Source: an uncultured bacterium (lineage in GTDB: Bacteria > UBP4 > UBA4092). From it: DNA of 38,373 nucleotides. The notes below the pieces were generated by a model. That model was given only the letters and a program-made list of their open reading frames with translations, did not search any database and was not told where the DNA came from. This document shows, piece after piece, positions 30,500 through 38,373 of the stretch. The translations under genes and the position numbers were made by a program. Within the stretch, counting starts at the first letter, position 1; every line of letters begins with the position of its first letter. The stretch covers positions 1 to 38,373 of the forward strand of contig CAZXWN010000018.1 of assembly GCA_964644695.1 (NCBI GenBank), in the 5' to 3' direction.

Positions 30500-31756
30500 T
30501 TATTTCCTTTTAGGCTGGTACGGTTTCTGAAGTTTCTCCAGTATAAACTGCGCAAGCCGCCGATGTGCCAATCGAGAGGGATGTCCATCTAAGGGTATGG
30601 AATATAAATCATGATGATCGCCATACCGGCGGGACATCTCCATGGATGTGTACACTTCAGCCGGACTTTGTTTCAACTTATAGTATAGGTAATTATAGTT
30701 AGGGTCATAATCCGCCGTCCATAAAATAACAATGAACCGATCTCCATATTTTTTCAAGAACTCTTCACGAGTTTGAGCGATGATGGCTAATAACAAGTCC
30801 TGATCGGCCTGCGTAGTTTCCCAGCCCAGCCAGTGAGATTCAACAGCTCTTTGAAAAAGCACCGACATATGTAAATAGATAGACCATGATTTATGCATCC
30901 ATCTGGAATTAGCATTATCATCCATGGGACCTTTATACTTAACTTTTCCCGTAGATTCCAAGATATATTGGGGACCCCCAATACCATACAATACACTGGG
31001 ATAATTTCCAGACACCCGATTTACATGATCTCCAAATACCTGAATCACTCCAATCATCGGCTTATCGGAAGAAACATATTTACTGAGTTCCCCTGTTTCC
31101 AGAATTCGCAACGACTGGTGGGGCCCATATCCAATATAGGCAAGATTATGAGTCCGGTATTTCCCATCAGACATATCCTCTAATAAATAAGACATCGTCT
31201 GATTATCTTTCACACCCTGCCCCCAAACAAAAGAACATCCGAAACAAACAATATCTCTAACATCCGACCGGAATTTCATCGGCTTTATATCATGGGGACT
31301 GACCCGAAGCCCTTGATGATTGGTTGTGTAGATTACATCAAATACTTCCATCCCATTGACCACTTTTCTGCTACTGAATCGCCGATCAGAGGGAGGGATT
31401 TTCCCCCGGATAGAGTCACGGATATCGTTCTCGCTGGAATAAAAGTTGCCTGACCATTGCTCTTGATGAATATTTTTATTCAAACGACCCAGAAAATACC
31501 ATCCTCCAAGGTAATCCTCAAAACCCGCAAGCACCACAAAAATTAAACTCAAATTGAATAATAAAAGCTTGAAATTCTCTGAACGCCCGGGGCGTGTCAT
31601 TAGATAAAACAAAAGACCTGCGATACCCCCAAAGATATACACATAGGGACAAAAAGCAATATAGTGAATGATCGCCCAATAAAGAAACAACAGGAGGATT
31701 GCAATTCCTGCCCTGCGAAAGAGTTTCAAGAAACGGTTTGTGGGATAAAAATACAA
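30500..31756 (-). CDS. Membrane-anchored SGNH/GDSL-fold protein
   Basis: N-terminal TM segments; TNHQGLR, FGCSFVWG (GDS-like block I), GYGP, DGHPS (block V); TTG start. Confidence 0.75.
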   Translation of the reverse strand: MYFYPTNRFLKLFRRAGIAILLLFLYWAIIHYIAFCPYVYIFGGIAGLLFYLMTRPGRSENFKLLLFNLSLIFVVLAGFEDYLGGWYFLGRLNKNIHQEQWSGNFYSSENDIRDSIRGKIPPSDRRFSSRKVVNGMEVFDVIYTTNHQGLRVSPHDIKPMKFRSDVRDIVCFGCSFVWGQGVKDNQTMSYLLEDMSDGKYRTHNLAYIGYGPHQSLRILETGELSKYVSSDKPMIGVIQVFGDHVNRVSGNYPSVLYGIGGPQYILESTGKVKYKGPMDDNANSRWMHKSWSIYLHMSVLFQRAVESHWLGWETTQADQDLLLAIIAQTREEFLKKYGDRFIVILWTADYDPNYNYLYYKLKQSPAEVYTSMEMSRRYGDHHDLYSIPLDGHPSRLAHRRLAQFILEKLQKPYQPKRK

Positions 31757-31770
31757 ATTACCCTCTCTGA

Positions 31771-33633
31771 CTAATCCAGGACATAATCCGATTTCCAGTC
31801 CTTCTTATCTTTCCACACGGGTTGCTGTTTCTTATCCAGAAGATATGGACCTACCACCAGATAGTCCATTTCCGTCCGCATAAAACACCGATAAGCATCT
31901 TCAGGAGTACAGACTATGGGTTCCCCACGAACGTTGAAACTGGTATTCACCAAAACAGCAACTCCTGTTAAGTCAAAAAATGAAGATATCAACTGGTGAT
32001 ACACCGGATTCGTTTGTTTGTTTACCGATTGGATGCGAGCCGAATAATCAATATGAGTAATCGAGGGTAAATCTGATCTCAGGAAATATAACTTCTCTTT
32101 CCAAGACTGATCATGATAATCCCAGGGAACAGGTATCCGCCTTGACTCTTTGACTCCTGCTATCAGCAACATATATGGGGAAGGCCGGTCCAATTCAAAA
32201 TAATCAGCCACATTCCCCTCTAAAACGGAGGGAGCAAAGGGACGGAATCCTTCCCGATATTTAATCTTTAAGTTTAATTTCTTCTGCATCTCCGGATTAC
32301 GAGGGTCTGCCAATATAGACCGATTTCCCAAAGCTCTGGGACCAAACTCCATCCGTCCTTGAAACCATCCAACGACATTTCCTTCAGAGATCAACCGAGC
32401 AGTCTTGTCACAAAGAGTCTTCATTGAATCTGTCTTTTCCATGACAGCTTGATATCGGCGGAGTGATTTTTCGATTTCCTTATCTGAAAACTCCGGACCC
32501 AGGTAAGACCCGGACATCCTATCTGTTTTATCATCCGACACCCGAAGACAATTTTCTTTAAGATGATGAACACAAAATGCCGCCCCTACAGCACCACCCG
32601 CATCACCCGCCGCAGGTTGAATCCAGATATCCTTAAAGATACCTGAACGGAGTAATTCACCATTTGCCACACAATTCAGAGCCACTCCTCCGGCCAGACA
32701 TAAATACTCTGCACTCGTTAATGACCGGACATGTTTCGCCATCAGGATAACAATTTCTTCTGTGACCTGTTGAATAGCCAGTGCCAGGTCACAATGTTCC
32801 GCTGACATATCATCCTCTGGTTTCCTGACTTTGATACCAAAAAGTTTTTCCCATTTTGATTCCCGGACCATCTTCAGGCCAGTTGCATAATCGAAATAGT
32901 CCTGATTTAACCACACGGACCCATCTTCATAAATCTGGATCAGATTTTCTTTTATCTTTTGTATAAACTCTTTCACCCGCGGCGACCCAGGGTTTCCGTA
33001 AGGAGCCAAACCCATCAGTTTATATTCACCCGAGTTAACACGAAAACCCAGATAATAAGTAAAGGCTGAATATAATAATCCAATTGAATGAGGGAAATGC
33101 ATTTCCTTCAACAATTCAATTTGATTTCCCTTTCCATGACAGATGGATGCGGTAGCCCATTCACCCACACCATCCAAAGTCAGGATGGCCGCCTCATTAA
33201 ACGGTGAAGGATAAAAGGCACTGGCCGCATGCGATAAATGATGTTCAGGAAACAACAGGCGAATCTGTTTATTATGACTGGGGCTGATTTCCGCCAGTTC
33301 TTTTCTGAGCATGTCTTTCAATAACAGTTTTTCTTTAATCCAGACCGGCATCGACTTCAAAAACGAGACGACTCCCCGGGGAGCAAAGGCATAATATGTT
33401 TCTAATAACCGCTCAAATTTAATAAAAGGTTTATCGTAAAATGCCACCCACTCCACTTGATCTAAATCGATACAGGCCTCATCCAGACAATATCTTATTG
33501 CATTTGTGGGAAAAGACGGATCATGTTTTTTTCGGGTAAACCGTTCTTCCTGAGCGGCAGCAATCAGCACCCCATCTTTCAATAAGGCGGCGGCGGAGTC
33601 ATGGTAAAACGCTGAAATTCCAAGTATATACAT
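31771..33633 (-). CDS. NodU/CmcH family O-carbamoyltransferase (SxtI-like)
   Basis: ILGISAFYHDSAA, EERFTRKKHD, HHLSHAASAF, GEYKLMGLAPYG, GGVALNC, GPRALGNRS, NTSFN. Confidence 0.95.
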   Translation of the reverse strand: MYILGISAFYHDSAAALLKDGVLIAAAQEERFTRKKHDPSFPTNAIRYCLDEACIDLDQVEWVAFYDKPFIKFERLLETYYAFAPRGVVSFLKSMPVWIKEKLLLKDMLRKELAEISPSHNKQIRLLFPEHHLSHAASAFYPSPFNEAAILTLDGVGEWATASICHGKGNQIELLKEMHFPHSIGLLYSAFTYYLGFRVNSGEYKLMGLAPYGNPGSPRVKEFIQKIKENLIQIYEDGSVWLNQDYFDYATGLKMVRESKWEKLFGIKVRKPEDDMSAEHCDLALAIQQVTEEIVILMAKHVRSLTSAEYLCLAGGVALNCVANGELLRSGIFKDIWIQPAAGDAGGAVGAAFCVHHLKENCLRVSDDKTDRMSGSYLGPEFSDKEIEKSLRRYQAVMEKTDSMKTLCDKTARLISEGNVVGWFQGRMEFGPRALGNRSILADPRNPEMQKKLNLKIKYREGFRPFAPSVLEGNVADYFELDRPSPYMLLIAGVKESRRIPVPWDYHDQSWKEKLYFLRSDLPSITHIDYSARIQSVNKQTNPVYHQLISSFFDLTGVAVLVNTSFNVRGEPIVCTPEDAYRCFMRTEMDYLVVGPYLLDKKQQPVWKDKKDWKSDYVLD

Positions 33634-33642
33634 GGGGATTTT

Positions 33643-34026
33643 TTACCAGATATTATCCAGGTCCTTTCCTTTATAGGGATGGGATCGGGTAATCCAGATA
33701 GTTTTTTCCGGTTTTTTCAGGTTCAGTAAATCCCCTTTAACCAGACGAAATGCCAGAGCGATGGGTACTAAGAAAACATAATAAATGACGGATAATACCA
33801 GTGGATTTACAATCCTGCTCAATAAATCCCCCAGCTTCATCCAATAGGTAGCGATGAGCCGCGCCACAGGTTGAATCCACAAGCCAATAACCATAAAGAT
33901 TACAGCCAACCCAAGCACGAGGGGAATATTCACCCTTTTCCCCAACAAACAAAACAGAACACAAACCAGTGCAAATAAACAATGGATTTCCAGTATTTGA
34001 TATCGTGTTAAGGGTTTATTTTTCAT
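33643..34026 (-). CDS. SxtJ-family membrane protein
   Basis: W..LG..L...V.P.VL..IYY.FL.PI...R...D.L pattern; immediately upstream of the carbamoyltransferase. Confidence 0.8.
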   Translation of the reverse strand: MKNKPLTRYQILEIHCLFALVCVLFCLLGKRVNIPLVLGLAVIFMVIGLWIQPVARLIATYWMKLGDLLSRIVNPLVLSVIYYVFLVPIALAFRLVKGDLLNLKKPEKTIWITRSHPYKGKDLDNIW

Positions 34027-34160
34027 TTATTAAACTGATTTCTGTACTTAGTAGGTTTATTATACTTTTAAAACCTGTTTTATATGGATAAATTCCTCGT
34101 TGTTTTAGATGAATCATGTAAAATGTAAAGAAATTCATCGATACCCAACAATCATTCAAT

Positions 34161-35699
34161 ATGCCGAATTATTTTACACAGACTGATTCATCAGAAACAA
34201 TTCACCTTCATCAAAGCCAAAGCCTTATCAATCTGGGGGCTTTATTTTATACGGGATTAGCCATTTTCCTGGCATTTGCGGGCAATTTTGCCATGATTTA
34301 TACCGAAAAAGGGATAGGCGAATGGTTGTTAGCCGTTGGATTTATTGTTTCTTCGTTATGTTTAATGATAAATATCTCTGACCGAATGAGAAAACCAACG
34401 GATTTATTTTATATTCTAATCCCTCTGTTTTTGATTCTTCGGTTTGGGTGGATTTGCCTGATGCCGCCAGTTCAACGGTTTGATACAGACCTTTACTTGT
34501 CTCTGGCCACCCAATATTCACAAGACAATTTTAATATTACCAGTAAGGATGCAGAGATTATTTATACTGTCCCCTTTAAGGTAGGTTACCCCTTCCTGAT
34601 GTCTTTCATTTTCAGGATTTTTGGTGCTGAGCAAATCACAGCGCTGACTGTCAATTTACTGGCGGATGTCGGCTGTCTGATTACCCTTTATTTTCTGGCC
34701 AGGGATTTATTCAATCAAAGAGTCGCTCTTTGTACGGTAATTCTTTACACTCTGTTTCCTACGGGCATCATGTATTCCATGTTTGTGACTTATGAACACT
34801 GGTATATTCTCTTTATGCTGTTGATGTTGATGACCGCCCTTCGCGGCATCAAATCTGATAAAGAGTATCTTCTGGGTCTCAGCGGTGTATTAGGAGGAAT
34901 CACTTATCTGATTAAACCCACCATCAGTCCCATGATATTCTTGTTTCTCCCGTATATCCTCCTGGTATCACCCTTTAAAGAATGGAAAAAGAAACTCAAA
35001 GAAGTCCTGTTCATCATTCTGATATTTATCTTTTCCTGCCAAATCATCAACTTCTGGGTTACATCCTCCACAGGGGTACGGATTCAAGACCATTCCGCCG
35101 CTTATTCCATGATGATGGGGTCAAGCCTCATTTCACGAGGAGGGGTTGATGATACGTTAGTGGACAGGCTTAATCCTTACCTGGCATACCCACAAACAGC
35201 AAATCAAATCGCCAAAGATATTGCTGCCGAGAACTGGGAAAACAACCCGTCCATGAAATCCGTATTAATTTATTGGAAGTTTCTGATTCAGTGGTCTGAT
35301 GAACATGTCACACATTATCTCTGTGCTTATGTTGATTCGGATAATCCCGGGAAATTCCAGCATTTCGTCTTCACCTTCATCAAAGATTTTCGGTGTTATG
35401 TCATGACCTATTACGGAATCATATTGGCTCTGGCTTTTGTAGGGATATTCCTGGGATATTCCCGTCAGCCCTGGACAGTGTATTTCTGTTTGTTTTTACT
35501 GTTTAATATCGGGATGTATTTTATTCTGGAAGTCACCCCTCGATACCGATACAGTATGACCCCGCTTATGATGATTTTTGCGGGGTATACCCTCAGTTAT
35601 TTCCCGAAAGAACAGGTCAATCTGGATTTAGGGAAACTTTTTAAACAAACAATTCCAGGCTTTTTTCGAAAGGCGGATAAATCACACCTCGGTCAGTGA
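34161..35699 (+). CDS. GT-C fold (GT39-like) membrane glycosyltransferase
   Basis: Polytopic; FDTDLY, PFKVGYP, TYEH, IKP, EVTPRYRY. Confidence 0.75.
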   Translation: MPNYFTQTDSSETIHLHQSQSLINLGALFYTGLAIFLAFAGNFAMIYTEKGIGEWLLAVGFIVSSLCLMINISDRMRKPTDLFYILIPLFLILRFGWICLMPPVQRFDTDLYLSLATQYSQDNFNITSKDAEIIYTVPFKVGYPFLMSFIFRIFGAEQITALTVNLLADVGCLITLYFLARDLFNQRVALCTVILYTLFPTGIMYSMFVTYEHWYILFMLLMLMTALRGIKSDKEYLLGLSGVLGGITYLIKPTISPMIFLFLPYILLVSPFKEWKKKLKEVLFIILIFIFSCQIINFWVTSSTGVRIQDHSAAYSMMMGSSLISRGGVDDTLVDRLNPYLAYPQTANQIAKDIAAENWENNPSMKSVLIYWKFLIQWSDEHVTHYLCAYVDSDNPGKFQHFVFTFIKDFRCYVMTYYGIILALAFVGIFLGYSRQPWTVYFCLFLLFNIGMYFILEVTPRYRYSMTPLMMIFAGYTLSYFPKEQVNLDLGKLFKQTIPGFFRKADKSHLGQ

Positions 35700-36675
35700 T
35701 CCACGCTGTAATTAACTCATGGGGTGTGACATCAAAAGCCGGATTAAACACTTTTACATTGTCCGGTGCCGTTTGTTTACCAAACCCGTTTATGATTTCG
35801 TGAGCAGGCCGTTCTTCAATAGGTATTTGAGACCCATCGGCAATATTCAAATCAATTGTGGAGGTTGGAGCGGCAATATACATGGGGATTCCATGATATT
35901 TGGCATTGATGGCAACACTGTAAGTTCCAATCTTATTGGCAGTATCCCCATTTCGAGCAATCCGGTCTGCTCCCACAATGACCGCATCAATCTTTCCCTG
36001 CTTCATCACCATCGCCGCCATGTTGTCACAAATCAGAGTCACATCAATGCCGTTTTCCTGGAGTTCCCAGGCTGTTAACCGGGCACCCTGTAATAATGGC
36101 CGGGTTTCATCGGCATATACTTTGATTTTCTTACCCAGTTCAACGGCTCGATAAATAACAGCCAGCGCAGTCCCATAATCCGCCGTTGCCAGTCCGCCCG
36201 CATTACAATGGGTCAGGACCGTCATTCCATCCTGAAGCAGGTCAGCACCATATTGTCCCATCTTCCGGCACATCATCCGGTCTTCTTCATAGATAGACAG
36301 GGCTTCCTGTTTCAAACGGGATATCAATTCCGGAACGGGAAGAGACACCTGAGTCTGGCAAAAAGACCTCATCCGTTCAATGGCCCAGGCCAGGTTTACT
36401 GCTGTCGGTCTGCATTCTTTCAGGTAATCTGCCAGCCGGTTAAATTCATTCATAAACCGGTCTTTATCCCAGGCTTGAAGATTCTGGATTCCCAGACATA
36501 ACCCAAAGGCTCCAGCGATGCCAATAGCCGGTGCTCCCCGTACTTTCAATACCTTGATGGCATCCCAGACTTCCTCAGGGGTAGTGTAATCTACCTGTTC
36601 ATATTTGATGGGAAGTTGGGTCTGGTCAATAATTCGTACTTTATCATTTATCCATTGAATTGTCGGTACAGGCAT
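35641..36675 (-). CDS. mtnA: S-methyl-5-thioribose-1-phosphate isomerase
   Basis: IDQTQLP, VRGAPAIG, RPTAVNL, LTHCNAGGLAT, ETRPLLQGARLTAWE, GADRIA.NGDTANKIGTY, NPAFDVTP. Confidence 0.97.
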   Translation of the reverse strand: MPVPTIQWINDKVRIIDQTQLPIKYEQVDYTTPEEVWDAIKVLKVRGAPAIGIAGAFGLCLGIQNLQAWDKDRFMNEFNRLADYLKECRPTAVNLAWAIERMRSFCQTQVSLPVPELISRLKQEALSIYEEDRMMCRKMGQYGADLLQDGMTVLTHCNAGGLATADYGTALAVIYRAVELGKKIKVYADETRPLLQGARLTAWELQENGIDVTLICDNMAAMVMKQGKIDAVIVGADRIARNGDTANKIGTYSVAINAKYHGIPMYIAAPTSTIDLNIADGSQIPIEERPAHEIINGFGKQTAPDNVKVFNPAFDVTPHELITAWITDRGVIYPPFEKSLELFV

Positions 36676-36762
36676 AGTCGGTTCCTTGATATATAATTAG
36701 TTCGCTGGTACATGCAATTTTAACATTACCAACAATAACGACGGGTTGTATAAGATTATATT

Positions 36763-38220
36763 GTGACCTCAAACTGGGAAAACATACAAACGAAACTTCG
36801 GCACTATACGATGATAACTGCCGCCGGATTCCTGTTGTTAGCCATCCTGGGAGCATTACCTTACCACATCTTATTCCAATTCAGAGGAGTTCCAGCCTTT
36901 GTATTGGGAATTACCGTACTGGGGTTATTCCTCTTTTTCTGGAATAGAGTAACCCAGCCGATGTCATCCCGAGTAAATATCATCCTTGATATCGTCTTAC
37001 TCTCCCTGATATATATTGTCCCCCGGGTCCTGATAATCCATTATTTCCCAGTTCATATTCAGATCGATTTTTCTCAATACCATGAATACGCCTCTCAACT
37101 TGCAAAAGGAATCACTTTCCCTATCCGGGAGTATGACCAGTGGTTTTTATATCTTCCGTTCAAGGCGGGATATGCCGCTTTTTTGTCTCTGATTTACCAA
37201 TGGTTTGGAACTGACCCGGCCTGGGGACGAATCATAAACCTGATTGCGGGATACCTGTCCATGGGATTGGTCTATCGAATCACACTTGAAGGGTTTTCCC
37301 GACCCGCGGCCCGAGGTGCGGCTTTAATGATGGCCATGCTTCCTTCTTATCTGTTGTATGTTCCACATCTGGGGACAGAACCACTCTTTACCCTGTTTTT
37401 CCTGACAACAGTCTATTTGATTTGGAAGTCTATCCATCATCCCAAAGGATATCTCTATTTCGCCGCAGGATTGACCGCGGCCACGGCGACAGTATTCAGG
37501 CCAACGATTCCCCCATTACTGGCGGCGATGATTGTCTGGTTGATTTTATATCTCCCCCGAACAGTCTGGAAAAAGACTCTCCTTTACCTGGGAATCCTGT
37601 TAGTTACTTTTATTTCAGGTGTCAGTTTCTGGACATATTCGATTGAAAACAGAACCACTCTGAACATTCAGGAAACCTCTCCATGGTTATCCCTGATGAT
37701 TGGATCCACAGTTTCCTCGGGAGGGCGGCCACTCCCCTATCATTACCATTCACTGGACCCGATTCTCAAAGACCGGGAAGCCTGTGACCGATTCTGTATC
37801 CAGGAAATCAAAAAGAATCTGAATGACATTAAATCCGTATGGCCCTCTTTCCTGTGGCAAAAGTACCGGAATACCTGGTCAGGTGATGATTACAGTCTGA
37901 TATTTACTCATGACTATCTGATTCAAAGTAAGGCACCCAGGGTATGGAACTGGTTTGACCGGAATTTCTATGCCATCTGGCATATTCAAGCCATGGCGTT
38001 CACTCTTTTGTTAATCCTGACACTGGCAGGGTTCTGGTATTACCGAAACGGTCATCCTCTCATCACTTTAGTGTCGTTTGTTTTTCTGGCTTACATGGTC
38101 TTCCACATGATTATGGAGGCACAGTATCGGTATCATTACCAGGTTGTGCCATTACTCATGATTCCGGCAGGTGCGGCTATTGCTCGACTCTTGAAATCTG
38201 ATACCACCCGTACACAATAA
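36763..38220 (+). CDS. GT-C fold (GT39-like) membrane glycosyltransferase, paralog of 34161-35699
   Basis: Polytopic; IDFSQY, PFKAGY, GTEPLF, FRP, EAQYRYHY; start codon uncertain (GTG 36763 or a later ATG). Confidence 0.75.
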   Translation: MTSNWENIQTKLRHYTMITAAGFLLLAILGALPYHILFQFRGVPAFVLGITVLGLFLFFWNRVTQPMSSRVNIILDIVLLSLIYIVPRVLIIHYFPVHIQIDFSQYHEYASQLAKGITFPIREYDQWFLYLPFKAGYAAFLSLIYQWFGTDPAWGRIINLIAGYLSMGLVYRITLEGFSRPAARGAALMMAMLPSYLLYVPHLGTEPLFTLFFLTTVYLIWKSIHHPKGYLYFAAGLTAATATVFRPTIPPLLAAMIVWLILYLPRTVWKKTLLYLGILLVTFISGVSFWTYSIENRTTLNIQETSPWLSLMIGSTVSSGGRPLPYHYHSLDPILKDREACDRFCIQEIKKNLNDIKSVWPSFLWQKYRNTWSGDDYSLIFTHDYLIQSKAPRVWNWFDRNFYAIWHIQAMAFTLLLILTLAGFWYYRNGHPLITLVSFVFLAYMVFHMIMEAQYRYHYQVVPLLMIPAGAAIARLLKSDTTRTQ

Positions 38221-38306
38221 CCCTCTCACATAAAAACAATCAGGAGTGTCCACCGGTTGGAACCCGATACAACACCCCTGTTATGACTCAGAATAAAGAT
38301 AAGATA

Positions 38307-38333
38307 CTGGATTCCTGTTTCCGCAGGAATGAC
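38307..38333. repeat. ATTCC-N-GGAAT type REP-like palindrome (dRS3/RPE-like)
   Basis: ctggattcctg-tttccg-caggaatgac resembles the widespread CTGGATTCCCGC..GCGGGAATGAC extragenic repeat. Confidence 0.65.
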
Positions 38334-38373
38334 CGTCATTCATAGAGATTACTATTTGATTCTTCAAACAATG

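Noticed and set aside
31771-34026. Saxitoxin biosynthesis (sxtI/J/K-like genes)
   Set aside because: No sxtA, sxtG or other core genes are present; these accessory families are widespread in non-producers

Overview
Bacterial chromosomal window of mostly housekeeping and envelope genes, with no phage, IS transposase, CRISPR array, rRNA or tRNA visible. It holds (i) two nucleoside-salvage blocks (DUF167-punA-deoB; mtnP-deoC-[ClpN-hpt fusion]-rluD-GH2) plus a separate mtnA; (ii) a minus-strand glycan operon (B12-binding radical SAM, an unannotated 47-aa membrane ORF, GT4, GT2, and a TagA/WecB enzyme fused to a 4-TM domain); (iii) a stand-alone rplJ-rplL unit with its L10 leader and terminators; (iv) glycoside hydrolases (GH4, GH38, GH2) and a secreted beta-helix-like protein ending in VPVELSGFDAE; (v) an SxtJ-like / carbamoyltransferase / SGNH / DUF5989 cassette next to three GT-C-type membrane glycosyltransferases; (vi) two kinds of REP-like palindromes. 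The most unusual items are the Clp N-domain-HPRT fusion, the radical-SAM/glycosyltransferase operon, the carbamoylation cassette linked to GT-C genes and the bare C-terminal PVEL motif. All family calls come from motif recognition by eye, with no database searches.
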